DNA of 64,000 nt from positions 1,664,001 to 1,728,000 of the forward strand of contig OY764159.1 of the NCBI GenBank assembly GCA_963668175.1, given 5' to 3'. The notes beneath the pieces are model-generated. The model saw only the letters and a program-made list of their open reading frames with translations, was not told the DNA's origin and searched no databases. Shown here piece by piece: positions 49,000-59,090 of this stretch (position 1 is the stretch's first letter; every line of letters begins with the position of its first letter). The stretch is from Syntrophales bacterium (lineage in GTDB: Bacteria; Desulfobacterota; Syntrophia; Syntrophales; PHBD01). Position numbers and translations under genes: made by a program.

Positions 49000-49494
49000 T
49001 CAGCGCCTATTGGCGACGATGTAGGCCATGAGGCCGCCGGCGGCGACGAGTTCCTGCATAAACGGCGGAATCGGTTCGATGCGCCATGTCCCCGAAGCCG
49101 GTGGCGAAGCCGTGACGGTGCCGCTCGCGCTGTCCACCTCGATCTCGCTGCCCTCGGCGACGGCGTCCCATATTTCCGCGGATTCGAAGATGGGCAGGCC
49201 CATATTGAAGGCGTTGCGATAGAATATCCGGGCGAAGCTCTTCGCAATAACGCAGGAGATGCCGGCCGCCTTGATCGCTATCGGCGCATGCTCCCGCGAC
49301 GAGCCGCAGCCGAAATTCTCCCCCGCCACGATGATGTCCCCCCGCGCGATCTTTTTCGCGAACGCGGGGTCCGCGTCCTCCATGCAGTGGGCGGCCAGGG
49401 CCTCCGGGTCCGAAGTGTTCAGGTAACGCGCAGGGATGATGGCGTCCGTATCGATGTTGTTGCCGAATTTCCAGATGCGTCCTTTGTACTTCAT
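49000..49494 (-). CDS. leuD: 3-isopropylmalate dehydratase small subunit
   Basis: NIDTDAIIPARYL, NFGCGSSREHAP, SFARIFYRNAFNMGL. Confidence 0.92.
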   Translation of the reverse strand: MKYKGRIWKFGNNIDTDAIIPARYLNTSDPEALAAHCMEDADPAFAKKIARGDIIVAGENFGCGSSREHAPIAIKAAGISCVIAKSFARIFYRNAFNMGLPIFESAEIWDAVAEGSEIEVDSASGTVTASPPASGTWRIEPIPPFMQELVAAGGLMAYIVANRR

Positions 49495-51071
49495 GATTTC
49501 CCTCCTTTCCCTGCCTCCCTGCCCGTCTCGGCGCCTTCGGCCTTCCGGGTATTGCTCTTCAGCCATTCCAGCCTGTTCAGGGCGTTCACGTAGGCGTTGG
49601 CCGAGGCGACGATGATGTCGGGATGGGCCCCGCGCCCCACGACGCTCCGGCCGTTGTACTGGAGGCGGACAGTCACCTCTCCCAGGGCGTCGGTCCCGCC
49701 GGTGATGGCTTTGACGTTGTACTCCAGCAGGCGGTAGTCCGTACCCGTGATCTTGCGGATGGCCGCGACGGTGGCGTCGAGGGGCCCGACCCCGAAGCCG
49801 GCGTCCTGGACGGTCTTATCGTCCACCCGCATCTTCAGGGTGGCCGTCGGGATGGCGACGTTGCCGCTAATGACGCTCATGTAGATGATGTCGTATTTGT
49901 CCCGGCCGCGGAAGACTTCTTCGTAATAGATCGCTTCCAGGTCCTCGTCGAAGATTTCCTTCTTGATGTCCGCCAGTTGCTTGAAATGGGCGAAGACCCG
50001 CGTCATCTCTTCGCGGGTGAGCTTGTAGCCCATCTTCTCGAAATGCGCCTGGATGGCATGGCGGCCCGAGTGCTTGCCGAGGACGATATGGGTCTCCGGT
50101 ACGCCCACGGAATGGGGCGTCATGATTTCGTAGGTGAGCTTGTTCTTGATGAGGCCGTCCTGGTGGATGCCCGATTCGTGGGCAAAGGCGTTCGTGCCGA
50201 CGATGGCCTTGTTCGGCGGGACGGCGATGCCCGTGATCTGGGTCAGGAGGCGCGACACCTGGTAGATGCGTTCGCTTACGATTCCCGTCTCGTAGCCGTA
50301 GAAATCCCTGCGGGTGGCGAGGGCCATGGCGATCTCCTCCAGGGCGGCGTTGCCGGCCCGTTCGCCGATGCCGTTTATCACGCATTCCACCTGTCTCGCT
50401 CCGTTCTGGATCGCCGCCAGCGAATTGGCGACGGCCAGGCCCAGGTCGTCGTGGCAGTGGACCGAAACGACGGCCTGCGAGATGTTCTTGACCTTCTTGA
50501 AGAGGAAGGCGATCAGGGCGCCGAACTCGCCCGGGACGGCGTAGCCGACCGTATCGGGGATATTGACGGTCTTCGCCCCGCAGGCGATGACGGTCTCGAT
50601 GATCTCGGCGAGGTAGTCCCTGTCCGTTCGCGTCGCATCCATGGGCGAGAATTCCACGTTGTCGGTGTAGCGGCGGGCATGGGTGACGGCCCGGCGTGCG
50701 TCCTCCAGGACCTGCTGACGCGATTTGTTCAACTGGTGCTGCAGGTGGATGTCCGACGTGGAGATGAAGGTGTGGATGCGCGGATTTGCCGCCCCTTCGA
50801 TCGCCTGCCAGGCCCGGTCGATATCCGCGATATCCGCCCTGGCCAGGGCCGCGACCTGCGAGCCGCGGATCTCGCGGGCGATCTGCCGGACCGAATCGAA
50901 ATCCCCCTCGGAGGCGATGGGGAATCCGGCCTCGATGATATCGACACCGAGTCTCTCGAGCTGGCGGGCGAAGCGCAACTTTTCGTTCGGGTTCATGCTG
51001 GCCCCCGGCGATTGCTCCCCGTCCCTGAGCGTCGTATCAAAGATCAGTATCCTCTCCTTTTTCCGTTCCAT
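49491..51071 (-). CDS. leuA: 2-isopropylmalate synthase
   Basis: FDTTLRDGEQSPG, HCHDDLGLA, NGIGERAGN, HESGIHQDG, C-terminal regulatory domain. Confidence 0.97.
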   Translation of the reverse strand: MERKKERILIFDTTLRDGEQSPGASMNPNEKLRFARQLERLGVDIIEAGFPIASEGDFDSVRQIAREIRGSQVAALARADIADIDRAWQAIEGAANPRIHTFISTSDIHLQHQLNKSRQQVLEDARRAVTHARRYTDNVEFSPMDATRTDRDYLAEIIETVIACGAKTVNIPDTVGYAVPGEFGALIAFLFKKVKNISQAVVSVHCHDDLGLAVANSLAAIQNGARQVECVINGIGERAGNAALEEIAMALATRRDFYGYETGIVSERIYQVSRLLTQITGIAVPPNKAIVGTNAFAHESGIHQDGLIKNKLTYEIMTPHSVGVPETHIVLGKHSGRHAIQAHFEKMGYKLTREEMTRVFAHFKQLADIKKEIFDEDLEAIYYEEVFRGRDKYDIIYMSVISGNVAIPTATLKMRVDDKTVQDAGFGVGPLDATVAAIRKITGTDYRLLEYNVKAITGGTDALGEVTVRLQYNGRSVVGRGAHPDIIVASANAYVNALNRLEWLKSNTRKAEGAETGREAGKGGKS

Positions 51072-51098
51072 CGTCCTCTCCTTTCGGCTTCGATCGCT

Positions 51099-51139
51099 AA
51101 AAATAAAAAAAGCCATGGGCTTTTCAACCCATGGCTTTT
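51099..51139 (-). terminator. Attenuator terminator upstream of leuA
   Basis: AAAAGCCATGGG-TTGAAAAG-CCCATGGCTTTTTTTATTTTT on the minus strand. Confidence 0.9.
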
Positions 51140-51163
51140 AAGTGCGTTCTTTTCAGTAAATCT

Positions 51164-51292
51164 TTAAGGTTCGACTAAAAACGACGGGTCGTATGTCGGC
51201 GTATGAAGCAAAAGGCACAAAAGTCCGCCCGCCAGGGAGAGGTCTTCCCGGATGCCGATGCGGATCGCGATGTCGTTGATGCCTGTTGCCAT
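51164..51292 (-). CDS. Putative leu leader peptide (42 aa)
   Basis: MATGINDIAIRIGIREDLSLAGGLLCLLLHTPTYDPSFLVEP*. The Leu cluster immediately precedes an antiterminator-pairing segment. TTGACA at 51369-51374 (minus). Confidence 0.75.
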   Translation of the reverse strand: MATGINDIAIRIGIREDLSLAGGLLCLLLHTPTYDPSFLVEP

Positions 51293-51531
51293 ATCCGTTT
51301 TCTGTAACCCTCGTTTTGCAGTTCCGTTTCCGTAACTTTCTGTAACAGTTACGGCAAATGAAAAGGAATGTCAACGAAAATTTTCATATCCGTGATCCGG
51401 ATTCGATGAAGCGACGTCGATTCCAGATGAAAAATCAATACCTTCCGGATTTCGTTTCCGAGTTAAAGTTCTCCACTTGTGAAGTCTGCGCCGTCAGCCC
51501 CGGTATTCCTGCCTGCCGGCCTGTAAACCGC

Positions 51532-52176
51532 CTAGTTGTTTATATCCCGGCGGTAGGCGACAATGTCCTCGACCGCCACGACAGGGAAGCCGTGTTTGCG
51601 GGCAAAGGCCGCGATTCCCGGCAGGCGCGCCATGGTGCCGTCGGGATTGGTCAGTTCGCAGAGAACGCCGTAGGGCCGCAATCCGGCCAGGCGGTTCAGG
51701 TCCACCGTCGCTTCCGTGTGGCCCGGCCGTACGAGAACCCCTCCCGGCCGCGATCTCAGGGGAAAGACGTGTCCCGGCCGCCGCAGGTCCTCCGGCCGGG
51801 CGCCGTCGGCCACGGCCGCCCTGACGGTGGCCACGCGGTCGGCGGCGGAAACGCCGGTGGTGACGCCCTCCGCAGCCTCGATGGAGACGGTGAAGGCCGT
51901 CTGGAAGCGGCTGGAATTTTCCGCCACCATCATCGGTAGGCACAGGCCGTCCACCTTCTCCGCCGTCAGGCACAGGCAGACGATGCCGCTGCATTCCCGG
52001 ATGAGGAGCGCCATCTGAGGCGCGTCGAGAAAGTCCGTGGAGAAGATGAGATCGCCCTCGTTCTCCCGGTTTTCATCGTCCGTAACGAGGACGCCGCTGC
52101 CGCAGCGAAGCGACTGAAGGGCCTTTTCCACCCGTTCAAACGGTTTGCCGAATGAGGAAAGAATGTTCTGATCCAT
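51532..52176 (-). CDS. ribB: 3,4-dihydroxy-2-butanone-4-phosphate synthase
   Basis: [47 protein letters not shown] riboswitch upstream. Confidence 0.97.
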   Translation of the reverse strand: MDQNILSSFGKPFERVEKALQSLRCGSGVLVTDDENRENEGDLIFSTDFLDAPQMALLIRECSGIVCLCLTAEKVDGLCLPMMVAENSSRFQTAFTVSIEAAEGVTTGVSAADRVATVRAAVADGARPEDLRRPGHVFPLRSRPGGVLVRPGHTEATVDLNRLAGLRPYGVLCELTNPDGTMARLPGIAAFARKHGFPVVAVEDIVAYRRDINN

Positions 52177-52321
52177 GATAATACTCCTTTGAAAGAGGGA
52201 TTACCCGAATCAGGGCTGAAGAAGAGAAAATGAAACGCGGCGGCGGAAAGTCCGCAGGGGCTTGTCGCCCGTCTGTCGGCGCTTATGTCTTGCCGTTTTT
52301 CCGGCGCCGGTCGCGATACCT

Positions 52322-52468
52322 TATCCTCTTCCATCCGGACTGTAACCGTCGGCCCTGGCTTCGCACCAGGTCTGCTGTCCCCCTGCCGGAAGCAGGGGCG
52401 CTCGCGGGCTCCCCGGAATAGTCCGGGATACCGCCGGTGGGGAATTCCACCCCGCCCTGAGAATAGGC
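52322..52468 (-). ncRNA. FMN riboswitch (RFN element)
   Basis: TCTCAGGGCGGGGTGGAATTCCCCACCGGCGGTA...AGCCCGCGAGCG...CAGCAGACCTGGTGCGAAGCCAGGGCCGACGGTTACAGTCCGGATGGAAGAGGA upstream of ribB. Confidence 0.97.
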
Positions 52469-52703
52469 TGCTGTCCGGATATAGGAAGAGGAGGCCGTTG
52501 TCAACCGAATTATGCCGTCCCGGGAAAAACGAAGGCAGGACGGCCTGTTGTGAGGTCGGCCTGCCTTTAAGCGAATGCACTTTGCCGCGCCTGCATGAAG
52601 CGCGAAAACAGGAAACCGACGTCATCGCGCCTGCTGAAGCGTCCGGACGGCGGGGCATGCCGGAACGGTGCCCGGCGCATATCGGATCACTTGCGGCGTC
52701 CGG

Positions 52704-54245
52704 TTAAAACTCCTCAGGTCCCGTCCCTTTGCGCTTCACCCGGGACAGGACGTTTTGGACCAGACGCCCCGCCGGCCTTTCATCGTGGTCTTCGGCCCGA
52801 CCCATTCGGGCGCCCGCCCCGCCCACGACCTCCATGAGTTCGACCACATACCCCTTCATCTGTTCGGCCTGGGCGTTCATTTCCTCCGAGGCGCTGGCCG
52901 ATTCCTCCGCATTGGCGGCGGCGCCCTGGACGACCTTGTCCATCTCCGAGACCGCCGAACTCACCTGGGAGACACCCTTGGACTGCTCCTTGGAGGCCGC
53001 TTCCACTTCGTCGATGAGCCCACCGATCTTGGCCGATATGGCGACGTTCTCCTTGAATGCATCCCGGGTTTGGAGCGTCAGTTCGCTGCTCTTCCGCACG
53101 GTCGCAAGGGTGTTTTCGATGAGGTCCGACGTGTTCTTCGCGGCTTCCGCGGCCCTCATGGCGAGATTGCGCACTTCGTCGGCGACGACGGCGAATCCCG
53201 CGCCGGCCTCGCCCGCCCGCGCCGCCTCGACCGCGGCGTTCAGGGCCAGGAGGTTGGTCTGGAAGGCGATCTCGTCGATGGTCTTGATGATCTTGCCCGT
53301 CTCCTCGCTGGTCTTCGATACGTCGGCGATGGCCGTCGCCATTTCGCCCATCTGGACATCGACCTTCCCGACGATCTTCTTCGCTTCGTCCATCAGGTTC
53401 TTGGCCTGCGACGTATTCTCGGCATTCTGCTTCGTCATGGACGAGATCTCCTCCATGGACGACGACGTCTCCTGCAGGGCCGCGGCCTGTTCGGATGTGC
53501 CCTGGGCCAGGCTCTGGCTTGCCGAGGCGACCTCGGAGGATGCCGCCGAGACCTGTCCGGCCGCTTCGGAAAGGCCCGTGATAACCCGGTTCAGCGGGCC
53601 CGTGATGCTCCGGGTGAGGAAAAAGGCCATAAGCGTACCCAGGACCAGGGCGGCGATGCCGAGGAACAACATGACCGTCCGCGCCACCGTGGCAATCGCT
53701 TTCGTTTGCTCCCCGTCATTACGGACCGTTTGCTGGACAAACGCCACGAAAGCCCCCACCGCACCCATGAATTTCTCCTGGACGGGCAGAAGCTGAACCA
53801 TGATGACTTCAGCCGCCTCGGCGTTCTTGTTCTGCTTGCCCAAATCCATCGCCTTGTCCGACAGGGCGAGGACGGTCGGCAACTGGTCCGCAATCTGCTT
53901 GAAGAGTTCCTTTCCCTTCTCCGTAACGAGGCTCTTTTCCATCTTTCCCAGGACGGCGGTCAACGCCTCCTTGTTCTTTTTATACTGATCTTCCATCTTC
54001 CGGTTCGTCGCCTCGTCGGAGGTCAGGGAGACGTCCCGTATGGCCCGCGACAGCCCGGCGTACTGCTCCGTTATCTCGCCCAGGAAGCCCAACTGGGCCA
54101 CCCTGACTTCGGCAAGCAGGCCGATCTTTTCGTTCATGACACCGATCCTGTTTACTGAGATAGCCACAACAACGGCCATGAGGACCAGCACCAGAGCGAA
54201 TCCGCCGCCCAGCTTGGTTCCGAGCTTCATCTTTGCTATACTCAT
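52704..54245 (-). CDS. Methyl-accepting chemotaxis protein
   Basis: Two TMs around a four-helix sensor domain; [34 protein letters not shown]. Confidence 0.96.
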   Translation of the reverse strand: MSIAKMKLGTKLGGGFALVLVLMAVVVAISVNRIGVMNEKIGLLAEVRVAQLGFLGEITEQYAGLSRAIRDVSLTSDEATNRKMEDQYKKNKEALTAVLGKMEKSLVTEKGKELFKQIADQLPTVLALSDKAMDLGKQNKNAEAAEVIMVQLLPVQEKFMGAVGAFVAFVQQTVRNDGEQTKAIATVARTVMLFLGIAALVLGTLMAFFLTRSITGPLNRVITGLSEAAGQVSAASSEVASASQSLAQGTSEQAAALQETSSSMEEISSMTKQNAENTSQAKNLMDEAKKIVGKVDVQMGEMATAIADVSKTSEETGKIIKTIDEIAFQTNLLALNAAVEAARAGEAGAGFAVVADEVRNLAMRAAEAAKNTSDLIENTLATVRKSSELTLQTRDAFKENVAISAKIGGLIDEVEAASKEQSKGVSQVSSAVSEMDKVVQGAAANAEESASASEEMNAQAEQMKGYVVELMEVVGGAGARMGRAEDHDERPAGRLVQNVLSRVKRKGTGPEEF

Positions 54246-54471
54246 AGAAACCTCTCATGAATCGTGTATTTGCTGAAGAAAAACTATTCAATTTCCATGC
54301 CATCGGGGGTTCCGTTAAGATTACGAATAATGTGAGCATGTTGCGAATATTCACGGTGGGAGCGGTTGCCGGGCAGGTGTTCGTTGTCCGGTTTTTCCGG
54401 ATGGATCGAGCGCGTGCCCCGTATAGGAAAAAACGGATCTTTGTCCTTTTGAAAAGGGCCGTGATCATGGT

Positions 54472-54717
54472 ATGAAAGGCATCGCCCAGCCCGCCGGAGC
54501 CGGACAGGCCGCCATTATCGGGCAGATGACGACAGGCTTTCCCTTCAGCCCCTTGACGCCGGCGACCTTTCTGCTCATCGGCACGACAAACGTCGATCTG
54601 GCCGACCACCGGAAGTTCACTTTTATTTACGCTTTTTTCGACCGCCATCGTCATGGCGGTCGTATCGATCATCATCGGGTTGTACCCGATCCAAGGACTG
54701 GAGGAACTGCCGCATGA
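54472..54717 (+). pseudogene. C-terminal remnant of a CitMHS-family citrate transporter
   Basis: GQAAIIGQMTTGFPFSPLTPATFLLIG...DLADHRKF, then a frameshift to TAIVMAVVSIIIGLYP; most of the gene is missing. Confidence 0.7.
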
Positions 54718-56054
54718 ACAAGATCAGGATCGGCTCGGGGGCGGGGTACGCGGGCGACCGCATCGAACCGGCCGTCGAACTGGCGGAGAAGGGGGCCATC
54801 AGGTATCTCGTTTTCGAATGCCTGGCGGAAAGAACGATCGCCATTGCGCAGCAGGCCAGGATGAAGGACCCCGGGGCGGGTTACGACGCGCTCCTGGAAA
54901 CGCGGATGGAGGCCTGTCTGCCCGTGTGCCGGAAGAACGGCGTGACGATCGTTACGAACATGGGGGCGGCCAATCCCCTGGCGGGGGCGGCCAAGATCAA
55001 GGAAGTTGCGGGCAGGCTGGGCATCCGGGGCCTCAAGATCGCCGCCGTGACGGGCGACGACATTACCGACATCATCAGGAAGGGCGACTACATCATCGAA
55101 GAGACCGGGGAGAAATCCTCGGCGCTTGCCGACCGGATCGTTTCCGCCAATGCGTATCTCGGCGCCGAATGCGTGGTGGAGGCCCTGCGGAACGGCGCCG
55201 ACGTGGTCATCACGGGCCGGGTGGCGGACCCGGCGATCTTCATCGCCCCGGCCATCTATGAGTTCGGCTGGGATATGGAGAACTGGAACATCCTCGGGCA
55301 GGCCATTGTCATGGGCCATCTGCTCGAATGCGCCGGCCAGGTCACCGGGGGCTACTTCGCCGACCCGGGATACAAGGATGTGCCGGGCATCGGCCGCCTC
55401 GGGTTTCCCATCGCCGAAGTAGCGGAAGACGGCACCTTTGTCGTCACGAAGGTCGAAGGGTCGGGCGGGATGGTGACGCTCGCCACCTGCAAGGAGCAGC
55501 TTCTCTACGAGATCCACGATCCGTCGTCCTATATCACGCCGGACGTCGTGGCGGACTATACGGATGTCCGGATGGTCCAGGCCGGCAGGGACCGGGTACA
55601 GGTCACGGGCGGGAAGGGGAGGCGCAAGACCGATACCCTCAAGGTCTCGATAGGCTACGTGGACAGTTTCATCGGCGAGGGGCAGATCAGTTACGGCGGC
55701 CCCGGGGCCGTCGAGCGCGGCAGGCTGGCCCTCCGGATCGTCGAGGAGAGGCTGAAGGACACCGGCGTGGCCGTGGACGATATCCGCTGCGACCTTATCG
55801 GCCTCAATTCGCTCCATAAGGACAAGCTGTCGGCCGGGCACGACCCCTACGAGGTCCGCGTGAGGGTCGCCGGGCGGACGAAAAGCATGAAAGAGGCCGT
55901 CCGCATCGGCAACGAAGTCGAGACGCTTTACACCAACGGCCCGGCCGGGGGCGCGGGAGCCTGGAAGGGTGCCCGGGAGGTCGTCGCCATGGTGTCGACA
56001 CTCGTTCCCCGGAACCTTGTCCATCACGCGATCCAATACGAGGTGGTATCATGA
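54714..56054 (+). CDS. Acyclic terpene utilization AtuA family (DUF1446) protein
   Basis: IRIGSGAGYAGDR, FECLAERT, SANAYLG, ITGRVADP, GHLLECAGQVTGG, EQLLYEIHDP. Confidence 0.92.
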   Translation: MNKIRIGSGAGYAGDRIEPAVELAEKGAIRYLVFECLAERTIAIAQQARMKDPGAGYDALLETRMEACLPVCRKNGVTIVTNMGAANPLAGAAKIKEVAGRLGIRGLKIAAVTGDDITDIIRKGDYIIEETGEKSSALADRIVSANAYLGAECVVEALRNGADVVITGRVADPAIFIAPAIYEFGWDMENWNILGQAIVMGHLLECAGQVTGGYFADPGYKDVPGIGRLGFPIAEVAEDGTFVVTKVEGSGGMVTLATCKEQLLYEIHDPSSYITPDVVADYTDVRMVQAGRDRVQVTGGKGRRKTDTLKVSIGYVDSFIGEGQISYGGPGAVERGRLALRIVEERLKDTGVAVDDIRCDLIGLNSLHKDKLSAGHDPYEVRVRVAGRTKSMKEAVRIGNEVETLYTNGPAGGAGAWKGAREVVAMVSTLVPRNLVHHAIQYEVVS

Positions 56055-56356
56055 AGCTGCGCGAACTGGCCCATTCCCGGACGGGGGACAAGGGCAACAC
56101 GTCGAATATCTCGGTCATCGCCTACGACCCGGACAATTACCCGCTTCTTTCGAAACACGTCACGGCCGAGCGCGTGAAGGCGTTCTTCTCCGAAATCGTC
56201 GAAGGGGACGTCGTCCGGTACACGCTGCCCAATATCGGGGCGCTCAATTTCGTCATGACCAGGGCTCTCGGCGGCGGCGTAACGCGCACCCTGGCAGTCG
56301 ACCTCCACGGGAAATCCCTGAGTTCGGCCATCCTCGACATGGATATCCCGGCATAG
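56051..56356 (+). CDS. AtuA-related small protein
   Basis: LAHSRTGDKGN, ALGGGVTRTL..DLHGK. Confidence 0.9.
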   Translation: MKLRELAHSRTGDKGNTSNISVIAYDPDNYPLLSKHVTAERVKAFFSEIVEGDVVRYTLPNIGALNFVMTRALGGGVTRTLAVDLHGKSLSSAILDMDIPA

Positions 56357-56477
56357 CGCGCCGTGGAGGCGTCCCCCCCACCGGTGTCTGCCTCCTTTGC
56401 GCCTTGAAAAAGTGGGAACGATCGGCTAGTTTAGAGACGGATCGATCCCTTCAAAAAAGTGCAAGGAGGCCATCGCC

Positions 56478-57128
56478 ATGCAGGTCATCGCCGTCAACGG
56501 CAGTCCGCGGAAGAAGTGGAACACGGCGACGCTTCTTCGGAAAGCGCTGGACGGCGCCGCGTCCCGGGGTGCGGCCCCGGAGCTGGTCCATCTCTACGAT
56601 ATCGACTTCAAGGGCTGCATAAGCTGCTTCGCCTGCAAGACGAAGGACGGCAAAAACTACGGCCGGTGCGCCGTGAAGGACGGCCTGACACCCCTCCTTT
56701 CCCGCATCGCCGCCGCCGACGTCCTCATCCTGGGGTCGCCGATCTATTTCGGGACCGTGACGGGGGAGATGAGGTCCTTCCTGGAACGGCTCCTGTTTCC
56801 GTATCTCACATACACCGATCCTCCGGGGTCCATCTTTCCCGGGAAACTGCGGACCGCCTTCATCTACACCCTGGGAGCCGACGAAGCAATGGCGGAGGCC
56901 CGGGGCTTCGGCAACCATTTCGCCCTGAATGAAATCTTTCTCCAGATCGTCTTCGGGAATACGGAGACGCTCTGCAGCTACGACACATACCAGTTCGACG
57001 ACTACGCCAGGTACGCAGCACCCCGGTGGAACCCGGAGGCGAAGGCGAAACGGCGGGCTCAAGTCTTCCCGGAGGATTGCGCAAAGGCCTATGCGCTGGG
57101 GGAAAGGCTTGCAGGAGGGCAGGGCTGA
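56478..57128 (+). CDS. Iron-sulfur flavoprotein / multimeric flavodoxin family
   Basis: NGSPRKKWNT, CISCFAC...C, GSPIYFG. Confidence 0.9.
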   Translation: MQVIAVNGSPRKKWNTATLLRKALDGAASRGAAPELVHLYDIDFKGCISCFACKTKDGKNYGRCAVKDGLTPLLSRIAAADVLILGSPIYFGTVTGEMRSFLERLLFPYLTYTDPPGSIFPGKLRTAFIYTLGADEAMAEARGFGNHFALNEIFLQIVFGNTETLCSYDTYQFDDYARYAAPRWNPEAKAKRRAQVFPEDCAKAYALGERLAGGQG

Positions 57129-57167
57129 GCCGGGAGCGGATGTCTTAAACATAAACCGGGATGCGCG

Positions 57168-57530
57168 ATGAAGCGGAACTGGGACACGATCAGGGAAATT
57201 CTCCTGCGGCTCGAAGAGGCCGTGCCGGGGGAACCGCCGTTCCCCGGGGAGCGGGCGGAGGAAGCGGACTATCACCTGGACCTTTTGCTCGAAGCGGGCC
57301 TCGTGACGGGACCTGCGGCGAAAGCTTCCGGGCCGGGATCGCCCCCGTTCGCCGCCATGCGTCTCACCTGGCAGGGGCACGAATTTCTCGACATGATCCG
57401 CAGCGACATGGTCTGGCAGCGGACCAAGAGGTCCTTCGCCGCAAGCGGCCTCGCCATGACCCTGGACCTGGTCCGGGCCGTCGCGGCGAATATCGCCGCC
57501 TCGATGCTCAAGTCGCCCATGAGCGGCTGA
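57168..57530 (+). CDS. DUF2513 domain protein
   Basis: MKRNWDTIREILL, YHLDLLLEAGL, LTWQGHEFLD. Confidence 0.85.
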   Translation: MKRNWDTIREILLRLEEAVPGEPPFPGERAEEADYHLDLLLEAGLVTGPAAKASGPGSPPFAAMRLTWQGHEFLDMIRSDMVWQRTKRSFAASGLAMTLDLVRAVAANIAASMLKSPMSG

Positions 57531-57654
57531 ACGGGAGCGTGAGCGGCCGAACAATCCCGCCCTTTTTTATCTTTATGCAGCAGTCCTGCTTCGGTTATCA
57601 TGAAGGCGTCAGGACATTCCACGGGATAGATTTCTCAAGTATTGAGGAGCATTT

Positions 57655-58137
57655 GTGAGCGTTCACAGCGGCGGCATTCTCTTGTACCGGTACCGGGAGG
57701 GGCGCCTTCAGGTCATGCTCGTCCATCCCGGCGGACCTTTGTGGGCGAGGAAGGACGAGGGCGCCTGGTCCGTGCCCAAAGGGTTGTTCGATGCTCATGA
57801 AAGCGCCCTGGATGCCGCCCGGAGGGAGTTTGAAGAGGAGACGGGCTTCGCCGTGGACGGGGAGTTTGTCGCGCTGGGCGAACTGAAGCAGGCGAGCGGA
57901 AAGATCGTCCACGCCTGGGCCGTGGAAGGAGACTTGGATACGGCGAAGATCAAAAGCAACACGTTCACCCTGGAGTGGCCGAAGCACTCCGGCATTCTTC
58001 GGGAATATCCCGAAATCGACCGGGGCGGCTGGTTCCATGTCGACGCCGCCCGGCAGAAGATCGTGAAAGGCCAGGCCGCGTTCCTCGACCGCCTGCTCGT
58101 GCGTTTGGGGTACGTCCCGCCTCCCGGAAACGGGTAG
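57655..58137 (+). CDS. NUDIX hydrolase
   Basis: LVHPGGP, WSVPKG...AARREFEEETG, PEIDR. Confidence 0.92.
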   Translation: MSVHSGGILLYRYREGRLQVMLVHPGGPLWARKDEGAWSVPKGLFDAHESALDAARREFEEETGFAVDGEFVALGELKQASGKIVHAWAVEGDLDTAKIKSNTFTLEWPKHSGILREYPEIDRGGWFHVDAARQKIVKGQAAFLDRLLVRLGYVPPPGNG

Positions 58138-58414
58138 AATCTCTCCGTTCCCCGACACGCAATGATGCCTGCCTCCCCCCGACGAGACCTCAAAAAAGCT
58201 TGCAATGCCTTCCGAAGCCTGATAATTGACACAATATAGATGAAATTCTATGTGAATAATAGCTATTCTATACTTTGAGAAGGTATTATGATCCTTTGCC
58301 TTGCAACCCCGTCGCGTGAAAGTGGACGGGGTTTTATTTTTGAGCGGTTTTGGGGTGGAACACCGGGATAAGCGGTGGAGTCGGCGAGAATTCATTTGGG
58401 AAAGGGAGGTCTGC

Positions 58415-59020
58415 ATGAACGGAAAGCGCGTTTTCGTTATGACATTGCTGGTTCTTGCCGTATTCGCCTGCGGTCCGATGAACTCGGCCATCAGCGTACG
58501 GCTCAGCCTGGACACCTATCAGCCGCTCATCGATCCTGCGAAGTACGCCGATTACAAAGGGCAGACGGTCGTCTTCCAGTCGATCGACATCCTGGCGGAC
58601 GACATCGCGAACCTCTATTTTACAAGCGGCGACGGCGAGGTCGGCTATCTGCTCTTCCATGCGCCCGACAAAATGCAGACGCCTGTGGCGTCCTTCTTCT
58701 GGTACGCCCTGGACAAGACTTTCAAGCACGCCGGGCTTGACGTCAAGGAGGTGGTGCCGGTCACGAACGCCCCGGACCTGCTGATCGGAATCAGGTCGCT
58801 CACCGACCAGAATATCAGGTTCCGGGTCAGCCTTTCCCGGAACGGCAATCTGCTTCTGCAGAAAGAAATGATCTGCACGAAGGTCCTGCCGCCGACGAAG
58901 ACGGATGTGCCGGAGCTGCGAAGGAGGATGTTCGCCATGATTGACCTCATGGCCGAGACGATCCTGTCCGATCCCGATTTCAAGCGGGAATTCTTCTCCG
59001 ATAAATACAGAATCAATTGA
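58415..59020 (+). CDS. Hypothetical lipoprotein (paralog 1)
   Basis: GGAGG RBS; VFAC lipobox-like; homologous to the next ORF. Confidence 0.8.
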   Translation: MNGKRVFVMTLLVLAVFACGPMNSAISVRLSLDTYQPLIDPAKYADYKGQTVVFQSIDILADDIANLYFTSGDGEVGYLLFHAPDKMQTPVASFFWYALDKTFKHAGLDVKEVVPVTNAPDLLIGIRSLTDQNIRFRVSLSRNGNLLLQKEMICTKVLPPTKTDVPELRRRMFAMIDLMAETILSDPDFKREFFSDKYRIN

Positions 59021-59090
59021 GCCCGAGGATTGCCTGCCTGCGGTAAGCCGGGAACACTCGAATACACATTTCTCAAGAGGAGGGGATATC

